From assembly GCF_003918875.1 (NCBI RefSeq), contig NW_025765137.1, forward strand, positions 186,001 to 250,000: a stretch of 64,000 nucleotides of DNA, read 5' to 3'. Shown here piece after piece: positions 51,001 through 63,000 of the stretch. Below the pieces are notes generated by a model. That model worked only from the letters and a program-made list of their open reading frames with translations, did not search any database and had not been told where the DNA came from. The position numbers and the translations under genes are program-made. Origin of the DNA: Haliotis rubra (Eukaryota). Every line of letters starts with the position of its first letter. Within the stretch, counting starts at the first letter, position 1.

Positions 51001-54000
51001 TGCTGGATTGTCTAGTCCAGACTCAAAAATTTACAGACTGCCACCATATATAGAATATATAGATATATACTCTGTTTGTCCAAAACTGGTTGTTTTTTTC
51101 TCAAAATCTACTTTACATAAGCCATTACTCTGAACTGATGCGCCTGGCTAATTGTGACAAATGGTGTCTATTCCTGCTTTAATTGTGATGTTTACAGCTT
51201 ATTAACCCTCTGCATACCTGCAATGATGGTGCCCACAGTGGTGTCGCTGCCAAAGTTATCCCAGTTGGCGCTGATCTTTGTCTTGGTTCTGAAGAACTCG
51301 AGGTCAAAGCCGACCACATCGCCATCATTGACCTGCCCTGGGAGAAGGGGGTCCTCCTCGATAGTGATACCATTTGACCTGAGTGTGTAGGTGAAGTTCA
51401 GGGCGTTGGTCACTCTCAGGAGCTGGTAGTATCTCTCCTTGTTCTTCATCTCCATTTCATCATTGGTACCATAGGTGCGACCTGGGAACATTTCGTCGTT
51501 CAGATTGACATATGGACTCTAATAACCCAGGAGTTTAATTTCCATTATAACATATCTAGATTAACATTCCTGAGATGACAAGTTTCTAAATAAAAAATAT
51601 ATTATTTGAAAAATACTAGTTATTAATGATTATTTGTATATTGTGTATTTCCCAGGGAGTTGAGAGTGTAAAATACATTGAACGCTGATCTACTGACCAG
51701 GGATTTATTAGCAATGCAGTGCTTTTAGCCTTTGGAGTTATGTGCTATACAAGCAGATCATCATCATCATCATCATCATCATCAATCTTTCTATTATCAC
51801 ATGGCATATCACAGCTTATTCCACACCAGAATCTTAACCCATATCCCATATTGTCTTGATATAATATCAACAAAGCATTAACACGAGAAATAACTGTCAA
51901 GCCCAATTTGATGCAAATAATTTCTCATACTTTTACCATTTCATATGTTAGGGTGAATCAAAACTAAATTGGACTCATCTCACCATAAATACTATCTCTG
52001 CAGAGCCCTTCATATCTTGACTTGACAAAGCAATAACAAGCTTTACAAATATCAATGCGGAACAATACAAGAAACCCTTCCTCCTTCTCAGAAAATCTGT
52101 TATATAACTGAAGCGAGATAACAGAATCAGTATCCATTTTTCCAGAATCTTGTTAATTCGGAAAAATTTTCAGACAGTCACTGTCTGGATTAGAGGGTCT
52201 CACTGTATAATGTCCACCTACCTTCTGTATCCACAAACGCCTGGACGATATGACCATCAGCCCTCTGTATCGCCCACTCGTACTTCCTCACTGGACAAGG
52301 GTCACCAGACACGTCCCATTGGGCACTAATACTGGACAGACTGGCCTGGAAGTCACTGTCAATTGAAAAATGGCATGATTCTTTGACTAATGATTGACTA
52401 ACCAAGTTATTGATTCTGGGTTCAATAAACCTAATGACTTAATTTGCTCATTCCTGATTGGGTAGGATGGACTGATGTCAATGTTTTTGCTGTATATGAT
52501 ATCACTGAGTCTGTTTGGGGTTTCTTTTTTCAATGTTATTATTGTTGATGTATTTATGTATTTAAAAAAATAAATATGTTTTTATGTTAATTGACGCATA
52601 TATGTATAGTTTATATGTCCATAGCCGTCCGTGAATAGACCCGTGAAGATCTGGGTTAGAATTGATCTTCAGTAACCCATGTTTGTCTAAGAGGTGACAA
52701 ATGGGATTGGGTGGTCAGGCTCGCTGACTTGGTTGACACTGTCATCGTTTCCCAATTGCACAGATCTATGCTCATGCTGTTGATCACTGGATTGTCTGGT
52801 CCAGACTCGATTATTTACAGACCGCCGCCATATAGCTGGACTGACTGACTGAGTTTAGGTTTACGCCGCTTTTAGCAATATTCCAGCAATATCACGCCGG
52901 GGGACACCAGAAATGGGCTTCACACATTGTGCCCATGTTGGGAACCGAACCCGGGTCTTCGGCGTGACGAGCCAACACTTTAACCACTAGGTTACCCCAC
53001 CGACCCCGTATAGCTGGAACATTGCTGAGTGCGGAATAACTAAACTCACTCACATCTATAATTGCTGTGTCCACTAATATTAGTAAATATGTCTAGACAA
53101 ATTAAATGAAGTAATGTGAAAGAATCAAGTGATCTGAAACTTGTTTTTAGTAGTATATGATGAAAATACTAACACAAGCTCTCACATAGTTCCAACCATA
53201 TCTCCAGTACCACTTGGTTTGTACTTACAGATCACCATTGCTGGTTCCACCATCTACAACGCCCACATGAGTGATGGGCTCCTGCCCTTGACTGAGGTAT
53301 GACATGTATATACCATTGGAAGTTGACACTGTGCTGAGGCCGGCGCCGTTGGTGGCTTTCACAGTCACAAATATCTGCAACATAAACAGAAGAATTAGTC
53401 TGTCTCACAGTCCCTGAACCATAATATTTTCCATTCTGCCAAGCTCTTTCTGTAATGCTAGAGCTAAACGAAGCAAGACTAGATTTCCGCAGGTTCTGGG
53501 TCTAGATCCACAAAATGCTAATGCCATACTTTATCATGTGAAATGATCACAAAAATTAAATTTGAACATTGTACTTATGTCATGAATTGAAATCAAGTGA
53601 GTGACCCTTGCACAATGTAAACCTAATTTCAGTTGCTGATATCAGAGACCAGATAGAGTCTTTTCAAAAACGTTTTAGTAAACTCCTGACAAGACAACTT
53701 AACATTGTGAAGGAATAGTGTGGGCAAAGAAATCAGGAGTGCAATTCAATTTCTTTTAAAAACTGAACGAGACTCCTTGTGTAAGATAACATTTGGAAGA
53801 CTTAACACTCTGCTTACCTGTCTTTGTCCTTTCAGTGCCAGTCCTGTGACTGACATATATCTCTTCGTGATGTCGACAACTTCAAAGAAGGGTCTCAACT
53901 GGCCACCTCCAGGTGTGTTACCAACAGCAATCTCATACCTGAATATACAAACACTAGTTTTACCAAATCAAACATATATATAATTTAAGTTTTGTTTTGG

Positions 54001-57000
54001 GGGCAAAATGGTAACTATCCAGAATTGTCTCCCTTGTCATCTTTCTTTTCTTGGATTTCTTTTGTCTTGGGAGTTCCAGCATCATGAATCATTATCATCA
54101 AAACGATACATATACATATGGCAAAGTGGTCCTGTTTGGACTTAATTGGATGATAAGCTGATACACTCTTCATAATCTTAACAACATTACCTGACAATCC
54201 CTGTCTCTTCATCAGTGAAGTCTGCCCAGGCAACAAGAACTGTTGACAAGGACTCTTGACAGGTGGCGTCAATTCTCATGCAGTCTGTAAAAGAAGGATT
54301 AAGTGTTGGAGGATCCCAGGAGTGTTTAATTGTTGAAGTTAGCCGTTAAACCCTAAGTTCCGTGTGACACATCATCATTTTTCAACATGGGAAATTATAA
54401 AGAAGTTCTGTCTTTGCCAAGTGGCGTTTTAACAACATGTTCAGTTTGATAATGCAGAGTTAAAGACAGTAAAGCCAAAGTTGAACAAGAATCAAATCCA
54501 ATCAAACCTATATTTTTATGCATTTGTAGTGAACTGTGAAAATTATATGCTCAGAAAAGAGGGTTTTGGACTCCCATGGTTTCAGTGTAACACACATAAA
54601 ATGTCTTTATAGTTTTCCTGTATTCATACCAACGATCCTCACATACCTTCCCCTGAGTCACAACTGTAAGGATTCATTCTTTCAGTCAAGATGGGATCTG
54701 TGACGTTGATGATGTAGGCTGACCCAAGCTCTACCACTGTCCCCTGTGTTGGAGGTGTGTTGTCAACGTTGATGCCGTTAGAGATGGCAGACGCAGTCAT
54801 CCCAACAGTGTTTTTGGCTGTAACCTTGGCATAGTACGTCTGACCATGGGTTGCCTTTCGTGACAGACCTTTAGGAAACACAAAATTATTGTGATAAAAC
54901 TTTCATTATTATTAGTACAGTCACTATGATTTTAAAGCGTTCTTAAACATGTGAATGATGTTATTTCTATGTACCGTAGGTCAGATACTTGTTCACGTGG
55001 CCGGACAGCTTGACAGGTGCGAGGACATCTTCGAGACCTTCATGGGATCCCACAGTGAAGGTGAACTCCTGTACCTCACTCTGTGCATCATAGAAACCTT
55101 CCCATGTGCATTCTAGGGCAGACAGTGGCTGAAAACAAAACACATTCATGAAGAAGATGGCCCTTGTGCATCCCCATGCATGCAAGCACACACCTACACA
55201 CACACACGAGTCATGATATGGCTGAAATATTGCCGATGCAACTTAAAATCTTAACTCACTCACTACACACACGTGTGGAATACCATAAATTAACTACAAT
55301 TTTGGCATAAACCTTGATACTGGAATTTTTTTGTACAAAGATATTTACAATTGTGCCAGTGTTTTTTAAAATCAACTTTTACACCATGGCTTAGGCCATA
55401 ACATAGTAATTAATAGATTGTCATTGCTTCTCTAATATGAAACACCCAAAATCCCATCATTACTGTATGTAAGTCCTTACAGGCAAATACAATCAATATA
55501 CATGTGTTGTCTTGCTTCCTATACATTAAGAGTGAGTGAGTGAGTTTAGCTTTACGACGCATTTTGCAATATTCCAGTAATATCATGGCGGGGGACACCA
55601 GAAATAGGCTTCACACATTGTACCCATGTGGGGAGTCGAGCCCGGGTCTTTGGCGTGACAAGCAAATGCTTGAACCACTAGGCTACCTGACCACCACCCT
55701 GTGCATCAAGAAATGTACCTAATTACCCAGCATTAAATATTCACACAATATTTATCAAGGATTACTGTTCAGTGACGCTTTCAACAGTGTTTTGAAGCTT
55801 ATTTGTAAATTCTTTACACCAAATTTCATTTGCAAAATAATATATTTTGAACTCAGGAATAAGTCAAATTAACAAGAACAAAATAGGGCATGAGAAAGAA
55901 AAATATCATGTGAGGCACACCTGTATGAAACCTGGACACTTCAGCACACCCTCTGTTGGTGGAGTGGTATCAATCACCAATGAAGGGGAGATAATACTAG
56001 ATGACAGCCCAAGCTCATTCTCGGCAATCACAGTCACGATGTTGGATTTGCCTGAGTCAAAGAGAAAAGAAGGAATTGTTTCATTGTAAATTAATAATAC
56101 TAACAACTCAGATAACTGTTACTGATACGCTGCACTCAGCAATATTCCAGCTATATGGCGGCGATCTCTAAATAATCAAGTCTGAACCAGACAATCCAGT
56201 GATCAACAGCATGGGCATCTATCTACTCAATTGGGATACGTAGACATGTGGTCACCTGATCCTGTAGTCTAGATCCTAGTTGCCTCTTACGACAAACATG
56301 GGTTCCTGAAGATCAATTCTAACCTGGATCTTCGTATAATGAGGTGAACATCATTCACACTAATCAATCTACTGTCTATCAAATCAATACTCCTGGCTGC
56401 ACTTACCAATCGAAACAATAGGTGGTGGAAAATCGAAGAGGCCAGAGAATGAGTTTTAGGACACTGAGCAGAGTTCCTCCCAAAGCAATACAAGAGTCAA
56501 AATGTCCACAACAGAACTAGCCAGTGCTAACCTTTGGCATTGGGACTGACCCCTGTGGGCAGCGCCCCATCCCCAGATGGTAGAAGGTCCACCTCTGTCC
56601 TGGCCTGGACATCTGCACCATGTGGGTAGGTCCCCACAGAGAAATACATCTTCTTGACTGGACTCTCCGTGTCCTCTACTCTCCATGATGTGGTCATGGA
56701 ATCTACCTCTGTCTGGTAGAGCAGGGTGCTTGGCGTCAGCATGGACTTGTTGCTCTCGGAACCAAAACTTGGTGAAGAAGAACAGTGTTTATGCAAATAT
56801 ATATGATACTATTATATTTTTAGGTGCTTCTGATACTAATATTTACATTGTAAAGCTGATAATAATTATTATTCCTGGTTTGTTGGAGTGAGTGAGTAAG
56901 GTTCAACTCTTCCATTCCAGCAATATCAAGGCAGAGGACACCCAAATGAGGTTCACACATCGTAGCCAAGTGGGGAACTGAACTCTTCAGTTGCTGAGTT

Positions 57001-60000
57001 AACACTTTGACCACACCTCACTACCCGGGGTTGTTGGCCAATTATGTAGATTCTTTTAAGCGTCTTCTGTCAGTGAGTGTGAGTTGCCCTTTCATTTCAC
57101 CAATGCATCCTGGTGGCTCATTTTTCACATGTGAGAACACCTTTTGAAGATTAACAGACATCGGTTTCCATCAGTCATAACAAACCATATTTTTATCAAC
57201 ACTTAATCTAACCTACTCATGGTTTTATTTTGGTTTATAAGTTTTTCTTGAAGATTTATCAACACTTAAACATAATCTACTCATTGTTTAAAATAATGTA
57301 ATTTTTTAAGTAAAATTGATATTTTTATAATTATCCTGACTCATGATCTTTGCTTATCTCCCTTTCCCTTGCGAATGGTAGTGGAACACTTGAATCCCTT
57401 GAAGTTCCCGATTGATATAAAAATACACTCACCCACGAGTTTGCCCTTTTCCCAGCGCAAACAGCCAGGTGACCTGCCTTACTTGTCACTCTCTCCCTTA
57501 TAAATTACTTTTGAAGATAAAGTGCAGTGGAAACTTTGACCAACATACCTTTCAAGGTTAATAACTGGGGGAGTCTGATCAACAACAAATCCATCTGATG
57601 TTGACTCGAGGATGTTCCCGGCATTTGTGATGCCTCTGATGGTGGTGTAGTAGCTGATGCTGGGGACAAGGGGCAGCACGGCCTGGCCGAACCCGTAACT
57701 CAGAGAACCTGGAACAGGAAGGGATGATGTGGTAAGTATCCCATCTGTGGAGGCAACTTGGCTGTGTCATCTGAATATCAGCTGTTTCATGACAACCGCT
57801 AATTGCCATGGGCTTTTGAGTAAGTTTGGTTAGAACAGTATTTCAGATCACGATCTGCCATCTCGCATTTGGTAGATGCAAGTCTTACCAATTTTGGTGA
57901 GCATAAGTTTGCTGAAAACTCAAGTTCATAATCTGGGCATATGTGGGATTTGAACCAACAGGAATCAGACATGTGGGACTCAGATGATGTTAAACATATA
58001 CTATGTACTGCTTGTGAATATTTATCCATTTCTTATGGACTCTGCTTTTAATCCAGATGATTGGGAAATGCGTTTGGGGAGGATATTTTGATAAGTAAGG
58101 AAAAAAATAGACTTGACAAATGGGATTGGTTGGTCAGACTTGCCGACTTGGTTGATGCATGTCAGGTCAGTTCATTCCAATTCTGTAGATCGATACTAAT
58201 GATATCAATTTTGTTTAATGTGTTTGTTGTTTAATGGCCCACTCAGCAATATTCCATCTATATGACTGTGGTCTGTAGATAATCCAATCTGGACCAGACA
58301 TCCAGTTATTCACGATACCAATCACTTTACTGTCTTGCGTGTAATGTGGGTGGGGTAGCCTAGTGGTTAAAGGCGTCCCTGCTTGCGTCACGCTAAGACA
58401 TGGGTTCAATTCCACACATGAGTACAATGTGTGAAGTGGAATTTCTGGTAAACCCTGATATGCTTGAATATTGCTAAAAGCGGTGTAAACCAAACTCGGT
58501 GTAAAACTCACTCACTTGTATGCAACCCCTTATTTACATACTGATGTCACAAAGACAGAATATTGCTGAGCATGGGGACAATCAATAAACAAACAAACTG
58601 GGTTGAAAATCCTTGTCTGCTGCAGTTGAATGTTACATGAATTACCAGGGACGTTTGACTGTTTCTCCTCATGAACAAGACCAGCCTTGATAAAGGGTTG
58701 TACTTCCTCGCCACCAGGTGTTGTCCCTACAGCCCAGTCGTAATATGTCACGCCATGCTCTTGACTCTCAAAACCTGCAAACTGTACAGTCATAACTCCC
58801 GCGTCCTTCTGGTAGTCGATGTCAACACCAATACTTTGTGATGCTGTCTCTGTGGAGTCAGCACCATCAATGACAACACCTGTAACAAAAAATATGTCAT
58901 AACATGTTTCGAGTAAAGTTCTGTAAACAAAAAATGGGCATTTGGTACAAAACAAAAAGTTGTCACTCATCACTCTTCTGTGAAACGTATCCCTGTGATG
59001 CGTAAAACACAACACAGTTCAGATCTATTCCATATAACAAACTTCTTTGAGTGGCATTTTTAGAAGCTGGGAAGTACATTAGACAAACTTTATGGAAAAC
59101 AGCTTCTTTATTTTGTGAGTGTCAGATTCTTGTCCCGTTGTCATTGGTTGCACTCTTGAAATAAAGAAGTTGCTATCCATTAAGTTTGTCTATGTTGCAA
59201 ATGTTACTAGTGTCAACTTGCTGAATCAACATCTAAGCTTTGGACAATCGACTTTTCATGTGCTTGTGATGCATGCAGACTGAGCTCACCTTTTTGCTAA
59301 CACTTGATACATTTGCTATTTATAAGTGATCTATAAATCCATTTATGATATAGTTAGAATCATACAATGGAGATTTCTTGTACAAATGTTTTCATGTCAC
59401 TTTTCAATTTGAAAATGAATGTGCAATATCATAATACATATCCATATATCCTGTACCTGGCTTATCTTCATCAACTACCCGAATAGGATTGGAGGTGATG
59501 ACCTCACTGGTCAGCCCAGCACCATTGGTGGCCTTGACAGTGACATAGTACAGAGGGGTCATTTTCTCAGGGTCGGTCAGGGTCAAGGTCAGACCATTTA
59601 TATACTTGTCCTTCTCTGCACCAACATCCATCCAGTTCAGCACATCAGTTCCACCTGTAAATAAAGTACACTGATAATCCGAGAAATTGAATGTATTTTT
59701 AAGAATCTTTTTCAATATTGTAAGAGGAGACTGACGTGATCGGGTGGTAAGGCTCGCTGACTTGGTTGAGACATGTCATTGTATACTAAAGATCGATGCT
59801 CATGTTGTTGATCACTGGATTGTCTGATTCAGACATTATTATTTACAAATCACCACCATGTATATGGAAGATTGTGTTAAACAAAGAAAAACTTTTTCAA
59901 TATGTATTTTAATTTATGTGATAATAAACAAAATATCTGGTGTGCTCCTTTTGTGCAATTAAGCTATGTGGAATTGAAATGACATGCACAATGGTTGAAC

Positions 60001-63000
60001 AAACGATCTATACTTCAAAATATTTGACAGAATATTATAGAAGCTATAACCTGAAAAGTGAGAGTTAGTTTTCCTCTGAATCACCTGGTTTGTTTTAGAA
60101 CCTATATGCTGTTTCCACTAAAATCGTGCAGGGCTCCAGATAATATTTCAACATCAGGAGTACGTACTCCTTATTGTTCAATATAGGAGTACTGGAAAAA
60201 CTAAAGAGTACATTTAGAATACTGAATGGAATTTAATGGCGTATCAGTAATCTTGTGTTTTGTTTGATATATGCACCACAGCATTGCTAGTCTTGTGTAA
60301 ATAGGTCAATAAACAATAAAACAATACTTTTTCATATACGTACGTCTTAAATGACTCTAACACCGTACACCATTGCTGTGGTGCGTATCTGCTACGTTTT
60401 CTAATTTATTTCCTACCGTATCGTGCATACTTTTTATCCGTACATATGCCAATACGGCCCTTATCTGGAGCCCTGTCATGACTATTTGTTTTATATCGGG
60501 GAAAATGGGATGTATCCTCTCACACAGCAATGTATTTCCCTTCAAGGCAGGATACATAGTGTTTTATAGACATCATGTGAACCAATCAGATCTCAGCAAT
60601 CTGACATGGAGGTGAGATAATTTAGTTTAACTGGACATGACGCAGGTGACAGACTGACCTTCAGTAGTTCCTACAGCAATAGAGTATGAGCTGATGCCAC
60701 TTTCATGATCGGTGGCATACCACGTGGCCATTATACCACTGTTGTCAGACTGGATGACGTATCCATTGATCAACTCCTCAGTGCTGCCGGAGAAGATGCC
60801 AACATACACCCACTTCATCTGCAACCATAATGAAAGAACAGGTAACAATTGCAGCGCTACATACACACCTTTCCTTCATTATAATGATAAACAAAGATGT
60901 ATGCTGGTTTGGATTTCATTCATTCTGTGGACCGATGCCCTTGTAGTGCATGCTGAGGTTTGTGTCAGGCTGCTCTAGCCAGTGATTGATGGAGTGACCA
61001 TGTCTCGTGGGTGAGTGAGTGAGTGAGTGAGTATAGTTTTACGCTGCTTTTAGCAATATTCTAGCAATATCACAGCAGGGGACACCAGAAATGGGCTTCG
61101 CACATTGTGTCTATGTGAGGAATCCAACCCAGGTCAACGGTGTGACAAGTCAACCCTTTAACCACTAGGCTACCCCACCGCCCCCTACCCTACATGGAGC
61201 ATCATGGAATCAAAGTGACTTCTGTTAGCACTTTGAAGTTTTCAGAAGCCAGCAACAGTGTGAAGCCAGTAAGAACCAATAAAAGGATGAAAATAATCAG
61301 GGACACAACTTTGTACAGCAAACCGTGTTGAAGTAGATAGGTGTCATTGTTCATTTTTGTTTCTTGTGCAATATGTTCACGTTTTTTTCAGCTGAACTCT
61401 TAACTTGCCTGTGCATGCGTTTATGACATGTGCCCTTGTGTGCTCACCTTTTTGCAAATACCATGTATGATTAATATCTGACAGTGTATTCATAACACAC
61501 GATATACACACGAAACTGTTTTGTCATGTTTATTTACCTAGGTTGCAGTTCCATGATTTGTGTCAGATCAAGTTTGGGCAGTATACTCACCTCAGGTTTC
61601 GAGTTGTCCAGAAGGACGCCATTGGTGTCATATGTTGCCACAGCTCCAGCCCTGTTGACGGCCCCTACTCTGATGCTGTAGAGAGCTCCAGGCTTCATGT
61701 CAAGTCCCGTGTGACTCACGCTGGTGCTGAGTGGATCAGTGATGGTGTCCCACCCCGTTGCTGAAGGGGCAGTAAAGGGTATTATTCAAATGTAACAGAT
61801 TTTTTCAGACATACAAAACCTTCACCTTTTTTTTATCTTTAAACACAGGTTAGTACGGGTGTCCTGTCAGAAATACACAGCATTGTTTGTTTGTTTGTTG
61901 TTTAATGCCACATTCAGCAATATTCCAGCTATATGGAGGCAGTCTGAAAATAATTGAGCCTGGACCAGACAATCCAGTGATCAACAATATGACTGACTGA
62001 CTGAGTTTGGTTTTACGCCGCTTTTAGCAATATTCCAGCAACATCACGGCAGGGGACACCAGAAATGGGCTTCACACATTGTACCCATGTGGGGATTCGA
62101 ACCCGGTCTCTTGGCGCGGACGAGCCAACGCTTTAACCACTAGGCTACCCCACCGCCCCATCAACAATATGAGCATCACTGCTTTGTGTAAGAGGTGACA
62201 AATAGGGTTAGGTGGTCAGGCTTGGTGACATGCCTGTCATCATACCTTAAAGGGGAGGGTAATTGCACACAATATCAACCACTGATTTTAGTGGACCAAC
62301 GCAACCTTGAATTATTTATCACTTATTTATTTATCAAAATTTGAAAAAATCATATCATGATCAAAATATAATTGATTATTTATGTGCAATCACTTTACCC
62401 ATAAACTATTTTTATAATGAACAAGCTTAAAACAAACTGACTGAATAACAAATATCATTTTCATCCCAGGCTCTTGCTTACATTTTAGTAAGAAAGAATA
62501 TAACTTTAAAAAAAAAGAATTAACAGTACCTTTGATATTGTTATAACCGCAGTTTACTGACTGCATTGATAGATTTGGTATTACACACTTACCTGGGTGG
62601 ATTTGATGCTTGTTTCCCTGGTATCTTTGATACACTTGATATTTGAAGTGGTCAATACCAGATTCATCATCATAAAATCGGAAGTTGGCCACAACGGTGG
62701 TAGTGGAGAACTGGAATTCAGAAAATATTATTAGCTGATTTAACACCACTGTTATGAGTTACACATTAACAACACAGTGTTTTACACCTGTACCAGTCCC
62801 ATGGATTCTGGGTAATTGGTACCAAGCAACCTCCATATGTGGAAGTTGTAAGAGTTGACAAAATGGATCGTCTGAACACATAATAACTTGATGCTCATTG
62901 TGTGTCAATGTATGGTTTGTTTGTTTGTTGTTTAACGCCGCACTCAGCAAACATTCCAGCTATATGGCAACAGTCTGTAAATAATCAAATCTGGACCAGA

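Noticed and set aside
51482-51518. Upstream acceptor for exon 17
   Set aside because: It is phase 0 and incompatible with the phase-1 donor of exon 16; the acceptor at 51481 fits.
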